DNA of 64,000 nucleotides. Source: Pelagomonas calceolata. Its lineage: Eukaryota. Shown here one piece after another: positions 13,201 to 27,200 of this stretch; positions within the stretch are counted from its first letter, which is position 1, and the number at the start of each line of letters is the position of its first letter. The position numbers were made by a program, and so were the translations under genes. The notes beneath the pieces were generated by a model that worked only from the letters and a program-made list of their open reading frames with translations, had not been told where the DNA came from and searched no databases. The stretch spans positions 1,736,001 to 1,800,000 of the forward strand of contig CAKKNE010000005.1 of assembly GCA_918797485.1 (NCBI GenBank), in the 5' to 3' direction.

Positions 13201-13433
13201 GTGCTTGCAACGAAGCTCGTGCAACGACATGTCCTCGGAAATGCAAACAGGGCTCCGTCGGACATCCCGGAGGCGAGACGGGCGCCGGGTCGCCCGAGGC
13301 CATCCGAGTCATCGCAAGTGCTGGTCGAAGTTAGGTGTTCTCGCTAGTAAGATTGAAGTTACTAGGGTTCAGACGGTTTACAGTCGTATCATAATAGCTT
13401 TATTTGGAAGCCGGTGACAAGTTGCCGCTCACG

Positions 13434-16400
13434 ATGGCAAGTGACGAACCAACCTATGAGGAACTACTGGAGGAGAATTATGAGCTACACGAAGAGAAAC
13501 GGGCCTTGAGCAGCCGAATACAAGCACTCGAGACAGACCTCGCGGAGCATACCGGCGCTGGCAGAGAGAGTGAGCGCAGGGCGTCTGAAATAGGCCGACT
13601 CGAGAAGGACCTCGCCGACGCAACTGCTCACTCGCACGCTTGTAAGAGAGAGATAGAAAAGCTAAAGACTGAGAGAGACATGCGGCAGAGAGAGCACAAG
13701 CGGCTTGAAACTGCACTGCAAGATAAAGAGGAACGGTACTATGATATATAGCTAATTTTTACCAATGCATACTTGTTTAGATTATCTTCCATTCTGCGAG
13801 GAGGAGTTGTGAATTCAGTAGCTGATGAAGATATCCGGCAAGAGGACCGTCAGATGCACTTGACCTACGAGCGTAATTTGCTGGAAGCCGACCAAGAGAA
13901 TGAGCAGATTCGAGCAGAGATGTCCACCTTGGAATCCCAAGTCCTAGTATTACAAGGCGCTTTGGCAGTCCGGCGCATTGTAAATCCTTTGAATGCTATG
14001 TCCCTACGAATTTAGTTCTGGCAGGTCACGGCAGCTGAACGAGATGAGATCCTTGCTATCCGCGAAAGGAATGACGTGGCACTAGAGCATTCAGAAACCA
14101 AAATAGAAGAGCTGAACTTATTGCTAGAAGAGGCACGCGTGCAAATACAAGAATTATCTGCAGAACGAGATGCCATAGACGATGCGCTGCAAGCGACTAC
14201 TAAAGTGGTTGCACAGAATGAGCAAAAGTTTCGCGCCCAGTTAGAGGATTCGCTTGTTGAAATTGCGAAGCTGCGAGATACAGCTACTCTGGATAATCAG
14301 GAGAAGATGAAGCAGGTGCAGCTTGAGCTTGAGAGAGCATATTTAGACGCTGGGCGCCTTGATGCAGAGAATGTGCCCCATAGCCGAGTCGAGATTTGTC
14401 CATTGCATGTGTCTTGGAAGCTAAGTTAACAGGTGGAACTGACCGTCCTTGCTGACTTATTGCGCAATCGCATAAGGGACCTCGAAAGTGGACATGAGCA
14501 TGAGAGTATACTTGCAAGGAGGAAACATCCTGACACTGGAGATATCTCTGCTGAACTAAGCTCTACAAAAGTGAGCCTCTATGAAAGCAAGAAGAAGCAA
14601 CACCTCATTGAGAGTGAAATTTCAGGACTCGAAGCAGAACTTGCTGATGATCGTGATTTGCTGGACATTGCTGCGCAACAGGGTGGAATTGGCGTAGCAG
14701 AGGCCATTCGTCGCAATAAGTGGCTCAAAACTGTACTGCGAAAACGTGAGACAGAGATTGAGAAATGCCGCCTTGAACTCTCTGTCAGTCTAAAACAACG
14801 CTTTCATCCTTATATGAGACTTCTCCTAGGCGACAAGGGAAGAAAACGAATCGGCCAGGATTGAGCACAAAATGCTTAAAACTGCACTCGGAGATGCAGG
14901 CAAGGTACTTTTGCAAATGACAGCAGGTGCAGGTCATCTCACCGATGTTTGCCCAGCTGATGCCAAGACTATGGCTGCAAGGTGTATTGATCTTGCTAGT
15001 AGCAGTCACCTACAAAAAAGAAGCGCTGATATAAAAGGCGAAGCTGGGAAGGCAGACACCAGGAAGATGCAAGTGCAAATTAATGACCTTGAAAGCGAGC
15101 GAGCACGCCTGCTTAGCCAGCTACATGAAGCTGCACCCAGAGTCTCAGGACAGGGCATTCGGTTCATTGGTCTGACAGATGAAAATCTTAGAAAATTACA
15201 GTTGTATGCAATGAGATTAAGTCGAGGGGTAGAAAATATACCTATCGACGCTAAATGTCTAAGAAATGGGTTGGAAACACTCTCAGATGTCGAGCCAAAA
15301 AGTCCTGCTCTAAGCGAGGTTTGCGGCGAGTAATGCAACCTGCATCAAAAATATTTAATATATCTGAATTCGCCCACAGATGACCTTTAGGTTGCTCAAA
15401 TCTAAAGCTGAGGAGCACATACGCCACCTGCCAGCTTGTGCATCTAGCGCTGGTGCATCTAGCGCGATAGATACTGCAACGGTTATTCCATCTTCAGCCC
15501 AAACTCCAGGCCACAGCACCACTAAGTCAACTAAAGCAATGCACAAAAACACTAGTGTAAATCAACCAAGGGCCCGTGGCACCTCGTGCACCTATGGTGG
15601 TGTTTCTACACCTAACATTGTAGTTGCAAATCTAGGCCACACTGCAACTGGTCCATGTGACACTGACTTTTGCAAAACGGCCATCTTTGGCGACTGGGAT
15701 GGTTGCCCAGTGGCCAATGATCAGCATGTGTTCAATCAACCACGGCTTCCAAATGACATATGGGCAAGGGACTTGCGATGGGTCTATTTTGCGTTTAATT
15801 TTGCACCAAAAATTGTCATTTGCTCAAATAAATAGGCTCATGCAGCACTCGCCGAAGCGCTGGAGCTTTTGGATGTGTCCGAGCGCGAATGCATCCAACT
15901 TGGCTTGACATGTGGTATCTTGAGTGGGCAGGCATCCGAAATAAGGCAAAATATGTCAGCTTGCTACGATGTGCATTTACGGAAAAAGAGAGCAATGGAA
16001 AGCAAGACATCAGCGCTGCGATCTAAACTAGCGGCATTACAAGAACAAAAGGCTATTCTTGAAGCTAAATTACAAATTTACGAGCGTATTCCTGGAAGTG
16101 GACAGGTGACTGTCACCAGGGATGACATTGGAAGTGGACAGGTGACTGTCACCAGGGATGACATTGGGGCGCCGCAATCGAGATTTCAAGAGGTTGCTCG
16201 GCAAATGGCATCATATGAAGTGAACGAGCTACAGATGAAACGACGACACGCCATCCTCCACGAGGAGTTGAAGACCGAAAAAATCAGAAGGGGCCAGGCT
16301 GAAAATGCATTGAGTGAAGTTGAAGCTACTTTGCGCAGTCGCATACTCTACTTAGAATTATGGAAACAGGGCTCAGTGGCTCGCATTGAGCGCTTGCAAG

Positions 16401-19400
16401 CCGAACTTGATGAGTCATCGCCCAATTTGCCACTCTCCTGCGTTAAAGCAAAGAGGCCTGTAAAAACAAGGTTTCTTTCTGCACAGGCTCAACATGTCTG
16501 CGCATAGCCCTATAACTCTGCAAGAAAAATCCTGGGCCAAGGAAATGATGGTTCTTCGTGCCTCGCTTCGTAAATTGAACGAAGAATCCGCCGCAACACG
16601 TAGAGATTGCACCCGTCTCCAGGAACTAGCTTCAATCGCAACAATGCAAGCAATAAGCTTTGTCCTATATTTTCACATCTTTATCCAATTCACATATCAC
16701 TTAGGCCGCCGAACTCCGACGAAAACAGTCAGAGGATGCAGCTGAGCAAAAAAACGATTTAATCCGCATTCGTCAACTTGAGGCCCGATCAGACAATGAT
16801 CGGATAATCGGGAAGCTCCAGCGCGAAATCATTTCAACGCGCACGATGTATAGGCTTTTTGCTCGTGTAGTGCAGTGAAATTCACTACTATCGAAATTGA
16901 CTTGGTATTTTCAGGTAAATATGAAGCAATACATACCGAACTTGCACACAGAGAAAGACTCATGCTCAAGGCGGAATCAAGGCGCATTAGGTGTGATGAA
17001 CTGTTAATTTCGCTCCGTGAGGAAAAGCAACTTCAACTGGAGATACTGAACACAACTCTCAGATGCGCGTTTTGCTTGCCGCATTCAAGTACTTCAAGGC
17101 ACACAATAGCTGGTGCGGACCATGATTCGGAAATGTCATGTAATCTTCTTGGACTACAAGATGCAACCAACCAGCAGGAACTTGAATTACGCGCATCAGA
17201 ACTGGCCCGCGAAAAGCTTGAGCACCGCAATGCACAACTAGAGATTGACCTGGATACATCTAAACGGCTAGCTCTCTGTCTCACTGGTAAGAACAGTACA
17301 TCTGTGAATTTGAGACAATACTTGCCCCCAGGTTCTTTAGCATCTCAAGGTCAGCGAATCACTTTACACTTCTCAGTGCAAGATGCTTAATTTTGGGGAT
17401 CACTCCTAGGTGACACATTCCGCAGAATTGTATCACTAAACGAGGAAGTCAAAGCATTGAAGCTACAAGCCATCCAGGGTAAATACCAAATCACAACTTT
17501 GCAAGAAGAAAAACGACGACTTAATGCGACAGTTTTATCTCGTGAGACTGTGCTTACGAAAGCTGATCGTGCCCGTGTTGAGGCTGAAGCTAGATTGATA
17601 TCGGATGTTAGTGGGCGTGGTAATCCCCTATCAGAGTGCAAGCAGTGTAAGATGCCTTTAAGTAATGGATGTTATCTTCCAGCGTCATACCCCTGGCTGT
17701 GCAGCTGCACATCCAAGTTTGTTGTGCACAGGGATGCTTCCATCGTCCACTCTCGATCTGGAGGAGATGGAAATACCTCTGAAAGAGCTGCATATCAGTG
17801 GTGGGCCAATTCAACAAAGGGAATGCCAACCCGCAGGCTCAGTACAAAACTCCGATCTCCCAGATCAGGTTCTAACATAGTCATTCGACATTCTATGCGC
17901 ACTTGTTGCTAATTTAGCTTCATGACGAGGGTGATGGGGTGGCCACCCAGATATCTTCGCTGGCCCTGAGCCAAACAGAAACCATCGCTGGCAACGTGCA
18001 CAAGCCTGGGTTGGATCTAAAGCTCTATGACAAAGGAAAAAATAGAAAAAAACGGTGTCCTGGAATGATACTAACTTCAGATTATCGCCTGTTGTCGATG
18101 GTCTACACTCAGGTGAGGCCTGCGACAGCAGGAAATACCCTGCTCTTGCTCGGGCCAATTGCTCTGTGGAACAGCAGGCTCATTGGACCTATTCAGATGG
18201 CCACATGCAAAAACTGCAGTGTTTTGCTGATACCAGCCCTGCGGCTAGGGAGCCCAGGAATAGTAGATTAGAACAAGTCGCCGCAAAAACAATCAAATCA
18301 CTAAAGGTGATGCATGTGTACTTATAGCCCATTATTGTCACATACAGACTCTCGTAAAATTCAAAGTACAAGCGCTTACCAACTCAGATACGCGACTGGA
18401 GGAGCGGCATCAAGTAGCAAAACGTGAAATTCGTCGTGACCGGGATAAAGCTGGTCGGATCACTGAGCAGCTATATCATGAGCATGAGTCGGCGATTCGT
18501 CGTCTGCGTTGCGCGGTAGCAAAGTCAAGGAGCAATCCTCCTGACGTGGTTATGGGCGTAAATGCACAAGAAAATACCTCTCATGACGTGTCTGAAGTTG
18601 ACAAAGTCATCAAGATGAATATGAATCTCGAAAGTAAGCTAAAGATTGCCAACACGGCCCGTGAGCGTGCCGAAAGCCGTTGCGCTTTGGTCGTGAGTGA
18701 GCTAGAAGCACAGAAAAATGATCTTATTATGCTTTCAGCTAAGCTACAACGCGCTGAAGAAAAGCAAGCAAACACATCACCCTGCCGCTCAGATGCTCTC
18801 CAAGTGCACTTATTGCGAAAGTCCCTTTCGCAAAGGGATGCACAGCTCAAAGGCCTCCGTGATTCGCTTGTCAAGCTGAAAGCAGATTTGGTTGCCGTTG
18901 AACAGGTCTGGCTGCTCCTGGTTTCTTGCAGCATGACAGTGGCCAACTGTAGGCAAATGCGTTTGGCAGTCCGAGGCGGAAGGACTTACCAACCTATACC
19001 CCAGATGGCGCTGTACAGGACCCTCGTTCAAAGGCAAAAGAGCTCGCCCAGCAGTTGAATTTGATTCGTAGCGAGGCACGAGCTGCTACGCGACCAGCAG
19101 AGTAGCAGAAGGGAAAATTATACTTTTTGAGCAAAATAGTTATTAGGCGCAAAAACGATCTTTTCTGCTCACAACGCGATAAGTATAAGCTACAGCTGGA
19201 TCGTGCTCTCCATAAGATTGAATACTTGCGTTCTAATGCCCAGATGGCGGAGTCTCAATGTCGAGAGTTGGATAGTGCCCTCACCAATGCTCGTCGCGAA
19301 TGCAGCGAACTCAGGGCAGTTGAAGCAAAGTACTCTGTAACTGCGTGTAATTTGGTTCCTATCATATTTAAACTCTTTGAGTTATTTTTGCCTAGGCTTC

Positions 19401-19915
19401 GAAAAGAATTACCTAAGAGAGCTGGCGGTGTGTAACTGTGCATCACGATAAAATCATACATATAGTAGCAAAGCAATGTCTTAGGAGAAGTTTCCACGAA
19501 TGACATCAGGGGGGAGCTCGAAGTTCTCAGGGCTCAAAACTTAGTATTGCGTAAAACACAGGGTGGGCACAGATCAGCTTTGTGTATATCTGCGCATCCC
19601 TATCAAAAGCTGCAGCACAAACCACCAAAGTCTTTAGTTCTGCACGATGTTAAATTAGGACGCTGTGATCCAACCACGCGTGCTGCGCTAATTGCAGCAC
19701 TAAGGCTAGAAAACCAAGATTTAAAGCTATGCATCGGAGAGAGAGAAGGAGAAATTGCAAGATTGAAACCTGAAAGGGCATGTTCCGATGTATACTATCA
19801 TTCGAAGAATAGATATGCAAAGACGGAACTAAAAACTCTGGTTGATGGACTACAGCTAGTGATGCAACGCCAGGGACTCCACATAAGAACGCTAAAAAGT
19901 TATGCTGGACTATAG
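13434..19915 (+). CDS. CEP290: CEP290-like long coiled-coil ciliary transition-zone protein, many small introns; 3' end uncertain
   Basis: Chain of short coiled-coil ORFs separated by ~45-55 bp GT-AG introns (e.g. 13736-13780); motifs EVNELQMKRRH..L.EE, RSRILYLELWKQG and ARSDNDRIIGKLQREI resemble CEP290. Confidence 0.6.
16093..16167 (+). repeat. Perfect 36-bp tandem duplication within the CEP290-like CDS
   Basis: TGGAAGTGGACAGGTGACTGTCACCAGGGATGACAT x2 (GSGQVTVTRDDI x2). Confidence 0.95.
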
Positions 19916-20048
19916 GTGATGATTGGGGCTGATGATTGGGAACTCGCAGGAACTAGTCCGAGCTTGATCAAGTATGTTTAGTGGTTCATCTTCTGATACG
20001 TTTCTTCAAAAACCATCTTATAGCAGTGAGGCCATCTTAGCCTAAGAA

Positions 20049-20141
20049 TCAGATACGGGGGGAGGGCTCTAGACTAAAGGCTTGGTGTATGTCCCTTTTA
20101 GAGTCCCCGGGCCTTTTTTAGGATATTCCTCCCTTACTAAT
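20049..20141 (-). repeat. Short dispersed repeat family B
   Basis: Reverse complement of GGAATATCCTAAAGGAAAGGACATACACCAAGCC, also seen at 29443-29476 and in part at 36384-36409. Confidence 0.65.
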
Positions 20142-20987
20142 TATCTGTCTATTAAGGGAGGGGTCGAGGCCCCGATTCAGCCGGGGGCTGTGGCGCCTCC
20201 CCATAAATAGCCTAAGGGAATCCTGAAACTTACTGCGAATAATCCTCGGGGCGTGCCCCACTGGCACACTGTCATTCTACCGGGCTCAGGCTGTGGACCC
20301 CTGAAAAAGCGACTTCAGGACTCGGAAGGGGCCCCACGCGAACGTCGCGTTAGTGGCGTTTCGTGCCGCATCAGGCCACTGTTTGGGTAATTCTACACTA
20401 AAAGCTGCCGTGTTTGCGCATCCAACCGACGCCACGGGTACCAAAGGGGGCTTCGGGGGAGAAATCACCAGAATAGAACCAATAACCTGCACGTTAAGCC
20501 GCACTCACGTCAGATCATTTTGTCCCTGGGGCCCAACAGCCCCCCCCCCAAGGGGCTATGATTGATTGAAAATCTCACCAATCACCATACCAGTCACGGT
20601 GATCTGGGGGCCGGCTTCCTTTTGTAAGCAAGCCTGAGGACTCCGAGTCCGAGTCGGAAGGAGTACCAGGCCTACCTAGCACTCGCTCGGTGGGCCCCTG
20701 GTCCGCCAACGGGGCGTAGGGAGAGGTGCGGTCCTACCGTGACTACTAGGCTAGTAATAACTTGAATCATGCCCGGGCCATGATCATGTGATGCCAGTGA
20801 TGTTCAAGTTTTATAGTCCGAGTCTCCACTGGCATCCCGGGCCGAGTCATTGCCAGTACGACCTGCCAGTGCAGGCGGCAATGGCGCTTCCCGGAGACAT
20901 CCAAGCCTCCGAAAAAACTCTCACACACACACGGATTGATTGGCGTCTGAATTCCACATCACCGTGATGTTAAAATTTTAATGAATC

Positions 20988-22514
20988 GTGTACTGGTACA
21001 TCATTTACCTGATACCTACGGTACTATGCATAGCTGGGTCAATGCGCGTTGCAATCATTCTGCCGTGGGTAGGCGGTGCAATGCCTCCCCATCTATCGTT
21101 TACATGCCATACCATGATTGGTGGTTTAGGGACAGCAACTTTGCTTTTGTTCCACGAGGTTACTCAAAAGCAGAGTGTGCCCGAGGCATGTCTCGCAAGG
21201 AGTAACATCGAGGTAAAGGAACTACAGGACGGAGGAATCGCAGCGCTTCACGTAAGGCGCATTGCAGAAGCAACTGGATCTCTGTCTCGAGTATGGAACG
21301 TCGATATGCAGCTGAAACTTGAGCGACTTTTGCAGATTGCACCTGCTCTCTTGTCTGAATTCAAACCAAGCTGGGGCTGGGTCTTTGGAGAATATCTCTA
21401 CGAGTACAGTCACTGGACCTATACCGATGTCGACATTGTGTTTGGGCGGCTTAACTCTGAGTCATATGCTGCTTTGATCTCAAATTTATGCCAGTCGCCA
21501 CAGGCTTGATGATTGGCTGGGGGGTGTTGAGTTCGACCGTTATGACATTCAAACATGGTCCTTCTTGGGCGACGCCGGCCGATTGTTCCTAAGGGGCCAG
21601 TGGGCTTTGCATAAAAATGAACAGCGCATAAACTTGCTGTGGCTAAACTGTGGCCATTTAAATGAAGATTTGCGTATCAATATTGAGGCGAAGCTACAAT
21701 TCTATCAAGATATGCTTGAATCGAAGAATTCGTCCTTGTTTGGTGTCAACAATTGAGCCTTCACAACTGCTAGTACATTAGGCATCGCTTGAAGCTGCTG
21801 TACCGCAAACGAATGACAACGGCTGCTCTGCCCCTAGATGAGTCTGGTTTGCATGAATGCAGTGTCCATACCGGAAGGTTTATCTCAGCCGAAGGCTGTT
21901 ACTCCTGTGTGGTAATTTCAAGCAGCCTTGCAGCAGCCCTTGATCTAAGAGTTAGAATTTCACCACTCGTGCTTAGTGATCACAGTGATGTTCCTGTCTT
22001 TTGGTTTCGTGGTAGCCTCGTGAGATGCATAAACCATTGGAACTCCAAAAGGGGCACATGTGGCGAGGCCTTGCGGGCCTGGAAGCATATACGGGCAAAT
22101 TATACTATGCGTGCATATCGAAGTCCAGAGACGCCAATCAACGCTGTGTTTAAGCGCGCAATTGTGATTCACGATTGCTTCAACATGCGCTGGATCTGCA
22201 GATCTGCGCGACGTGCAGCACTTCATGCCCTCGTTGACAAGTTAGAACTGGGTGGCCAGTTTGAACCTCTCGGACAAGAAAAAACTGTACTCCTTCGACC
22301 AGGGAAAGAGTTACTTCCCAAGGCGACCTTGGTGATGACGCCGATGATTAAACCCAGCGTCAGCATCCAAATAATTGAGGCGCCCCTCTTCCATTTTCGA
22401 AAATGGGTTGACTATGGAAGGTGGCATCCAACTTCCCTTGACAAAAATATGCCCCCAGTCATATTCTCAGTAAAGAGTAGCGGCTTTGTGTGCCTCCAAC
22501 GGCACCGTACCTAG
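20988..22514 (+). CDS. DUF6625-like putative glycosyltransferase, multi-exon; start uncertain (ATG 21042 or an upstream exon)
   Basis: MRVAIILPWVG and LSEFKPSWGWVFGEYLYEYSHWTYTDVDIVFGRL (DxD motif), LRGQWALHKN resemble DUF6625 proteins. Confidence 0.6.
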
Positions 22515-24266
22515 ACGTAGGCGGCTAGCTTGCCAGACGCAGCGATCTCCTTCATCCCTCATGGATATGAAATAGACTAGCAACCTGGGTCAGGGACGAG
22601 AAGGAAGAGCACTGGCTCTATAGCGAAGCACGATTGACTCGCTCTGAGTCACAAGCAGTCCGTCGACACTTGCTTACTGGCGGCAGGCTACTCACTGGTG
22701 AGTGGAGCGCAATGCTACATCGTGATGCCCTCCGCTCACGAAGCTACATTGGAGTGCATTTTTTACGATGGCCCCCAGCAGGCCCCGCCGCCCCTATCCA
22801 GGTCCCCGTCTCCTACCTCCGGGAAAGAGCTTAGAGCCCCTCCGCGTCGCGAATATCCTCCGACGAACTGGCAAGCACGTCGTAGATGTGCCATGCTTCG
22901 GCAATAGGGCACGTCAAGCCTGTGGGAGTCGTCGACCTTGTCGTATTTCGCAAACTTCTTTGTAGCGGACGAGCAGCAAACGAGCGGCCCTCTTGGCGAA
23001 GTGGACCAAGAAGCGGCGCATCCAATTAGAGTGGGTGCGAAGGTTTTAAGACTCCGAGTCGGACCAAATTAGACACCCGGAGACTGAAATCGTTGCCAAG
23101 GGCCAAGTGACTGGGTGGCCACGGGGGGTGTCGGGGTGTCACGGAACCCCAAATTTGCCGTATCTCCATAACTAGGCGTCTGGTGCGCAGGCAATTCGAG
23201 GATGGGGGCCTCCTTGCACCTCTGGGGGACATGACCGAAACAGGCGAGCGAAACGATTAGGTTTGGAAAGGAAATTTTAGTGGCCTGCGCACGTCGCGCC
23301 AGTCACTGTGGCGTTTCGTGCCGCGTCAGGCTACCTAGAAGGTTCGGGTTCGGGTTGCATGTCGGATTTTTGGAACTTTTGGGTGTTACCATGGCGGTTA
23401 TTGGTATGTTTCCGCTTAGGGGCTCTACATGCCAATCAAGCAACGCGAGATGAGTATTGAGATGGGCATCTAGTGCCCCCCGTAATAATATTATAATATG
23501 GTTTGGTTAGAGTCAGCCAGGCTATATCCATTTAGCAATTTGACTTCCCGGACTCGGAGGTCTAGCTAGCAAGACGCCAGCGGAGCAGACGAGACGAAGA
23601 GAGCAGAAAAAGGTATAGTTTAAACCACTTCGGGGTCACCTGCCCTGAGGGCAGCTAACCCTGTAGTGGTTCACACCTTTTCCCCTGCCGGGGGCTGCTC
23701 CGCAAGGGTGCCAACTCGGGCGTGGGGGCCTCAGGCTTCCGTGCGGGTTTAAGACTTTTCTATTATAAACCACTGATTTCGGGTAGCGTAAATTTTTTCG
23801 TCTTGGTGTCTTGGTGTCCGACCGGGGGGCGTTCCTGTGCCAATTTAACTATGCTTTGCTAAAAGATCTTACTGTCTTCCTGTCTTCCTGTCTCGTCGGA
23901 ATCCTCGGCCCTGGGGCCCCGGCCGCGATTTCGGCCTATGTTGCCGTCAATGACCCGCTCTTCCTGTCTTGATAGGAAGAGCAGCATCTTCCTGGCTAGA
24001 TCCAGGAAACAAATTCCCACCTTGCTATATCTCTCAACATCGACCACATCGGCCGCCCAGGTCATTCACTGGTAGGGGGTCGCGAGACTACAACCGCGTG
24101 AATGTAAGCCACAAAGCAATGCTGGATCACAAGAATTCAGTCTAGTAGCCCCAGCTGGTGCTCCTAGCCACACCGGACGCATTCTTATGTCCAAAAGCGG
24201 TAATTTGGTATGTAAGGTTGTGGGACTCAAAGCGCCAACTTTGTTCCATCCCTAAGTAATTGGCTA

Positions 24267-27200
24267 TTAAAGGGTGTGATTTGGATTCATTTGATACCTT
24301 CGGTATGCTGCATTCATGGCTGCCCGACGACGTTCATCCATTTGGGCTTGCTGTTGAGCTAGTGCTCTCAGCTGCTCCTTAAGCTGTCTGCATTTTGGTA
24401 CGACACAGGCCTCGCGACGGCACTGACGCGCATGTATCTGCAACAACGCCCAAATTCGACGGCAAATAGCGCAGCCACCCTGCACTCGTGTTGTACAATT
24501 TGCACCATGCTTTAACAAGTTCTGCGAGGACCGATCTAACAATATGAATGCCTGGCGTTCACGCACCTTCATCTTGTTGCAATTGGCAGAAGGACATTGT
24601 TGGTTTCTGCAGCCCGAGGCATGTTGAAGAAGCTGCATATGGAGCTGGATCGATCGATGGCGATCTCGGCGCTGCTCCTCCGTGAGCTGGGCCTGCGAAT
24701 CGCCGCCAACGATTGATCTCCTGAACGGAAACTTATCGGAAAACATTTTATGCATTTTTTTATAGCACTCCTGCAGGCTCAGGGTTCGCTTTACTCCGAA
24801 AAAATAGGGTTCGCACCTGGCACAGGTGAAAATCCGTGTCTTGTTCTGATGTGTAGCAACACCCTGAGTTAATATCAATGTTGCAATTCGAGCAGGTTAC
24901 GAGGAATTTAGGCACATCAGGGTTGTGTGTATGATACAAAGACATCATTGAAGTATGCTTGGCCCTCCTCAGGTCGTCAAATTGATAGTGATTACCCTGG
25001 CATAAATTCAGAAATTGCTGCCGTGTGTCATAAAATTCAGATTCAATAGTTTCATCCTTATCTTCGGTCTCATCAAAGTGTCGCTCTCTATTGATTCTCT
25101 GATCTCGAGCTTCAGGGTCGTTGATATTTGCTTTGGCGGCCGATTGACTTGTTTTGTCCACGCCTGGTGAATTAGGCTTTGTCTGCCCGACTCTGAGATT
25201 GGAAGGTGCCCTCTGTATTTCTGCACCATGCTGATTACTATTATTCAACTCCTTTTTGTGACGAATCCCCATTGCACATGCAAATATGCGTGGTTGCAGG
25301 TATGCAACAATAAAGGCATCTTTCATCGGCTCCAGGATTTTGCCCATCCGCACAATTAGTGAGTCCGTTCCAAGTTCTTCTTCCACTGACCCGTCTGACC
25401 GAAGGCCACGCTGTGCACGTGCCTTCGCTTTTTTCTTCGATTTAGATTCTAGTCGTTCATTGGCCTCGTCTGAAATTGCTTTGGCCACATTCTCCGCCTC
25501 GCCTGGCCAGTAATCACCCTCGAAGTATGGAATCTGGGTTATGTTAAAATCACTCTTGAAATTTTCATCCCAGAGGTTAGTTATGCGAGTAACGACACCT
25601 TCATCGCGCGCTTTTCTGAGTAACGTTATGTACCATAATCTAAGACGGTCGTCTTTGGGCGTCTTTTGGTCTTCAGGATGGCAGAAGAAAATATAATCGT
25701 CCCCCTTGCAAGGTGGGCAGGCCCAGATGTGGGCAGTATGAAAGCCACGCTCTTTTGCGTGCGCTAAGTATGCGATCAACATTTCGTGGTATACAAGAGT
25801 GCGGTTCTCTCTCGGGCGAAAATAGTAGACTGAATCAAGATAACTGACATAAACACGCCTGTTATTTGGCTGTGGACACTTGTGCCCATACTCATAGAGG
25901 TACATGCCAAATAGTATCACATCAACACCGTCCATTTCCTGGAAGAGAAGTACGCATTTTGACCGCATCGGAAATTCACATGGGTACTTGTGCTGTGAAT
26001 AACGCTTGAGAATTTTGGGCTTCACTTGATGCATTTTGTCGATATTTGAAAGCTGTCGAACATAAACAGGAGTTGGTTTGCTGGGTGAAGTCGTTGAGTT
26101 CCTTGTGTGAACATCTTGCAGTGATTTGATGACACGGTCTTCGAGAAAACGAGATAGTTTCGTGTGGCGAATATCTTTTGCGCCAAGTGGTCTCGGATGG
26201 GGGTCCTTTTTGCCACGCTGGGCCATAAAGCAAAAAGGACAATGATATATTGTCGTTCCCTTATTCATCCGACCATTAAACAAGGCGCATATTTGATGAA
26301 CCCACCGGTTGCACTGCGAGCACTCTACCCAGGGCTCTTCATGCATTTCATCATTTTTCTTTTTTTGCAAGTCCTTCTTCCACAATGTACAATCGGCAAA
26401 TTCAAGAGGCTGTTTGTCACGCAGCTCGTTGAAGCACTGTTGACACCAATGATACTGATTTCGACCCCCTGTATAATAATATGAGTTGCGTCGAATACGC
26501 TGTCCATTACAGGACCCGTTGCAGTAGTAAACTGTAGGCTCAAAAAGAAGTTTTTCGCAACCGCATAGGATGCATACGTCGCCATTCAGTTTTCTTTGTT
26601 TTTCTTCTGCTTCGATGGTTGCAATCATGACTTGGTAGAGCTTTTCAAAAGTTAGCTTCATTTCACGTGCTACTTTGCAAACATCTGAGCCATCTCCGTT
26701 GTATGTCACAGCATTATCAAAAGTGAGGCGCACATCAGCAGCAAAATCCAATATACTTTTGTAACAGTTATTCTCCATCCGCTTTTTTATTGAGCCGAGG
26801 TCCATTGGGGTTTTGACAACATCAAAATAGTCAGGAAGATTTAATTCAACTGGATCGACTGGTTGCATGAATATCCAGGAGCATTCGTGATCTGTTAATT
26901 TCTTGAGGACTGGTGCACATTTCTGACGTATCTTAGCAGAGCTCAATCGAAGTCCCATTTTTAGTGACTGAAGGTGTGCATGGACCTGCGTAGGTGTAAA
27001 CGAGTTCAAGAGGCTAGTGCCTTCTTCGATCCGACCAGCGGACGCTAAAGTGGTGTTATGTGCTGCATCTAGAGTCCGGTGGATATTGACATTGCCCACG
27101 ATTTTACTTGAGATTCCACTGATAACACGTGTTTTTTTTAAGTCGTGCGCACCAGAAGCACTACTGTATCTATTTCCGCTATGCGGTTGTAAATACTGGG

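Noticed and set aside
20353..23335. GTGGCGTTTCGTGCCGC(A/G)TCAGGC at 20353 and 23308 flanking the DUF6625-like gene, as possible LTRs or a composite transposon
   Set aside because: Short match without TG...CA ends or TSD; more likely two fragments of a dispersed repeat.
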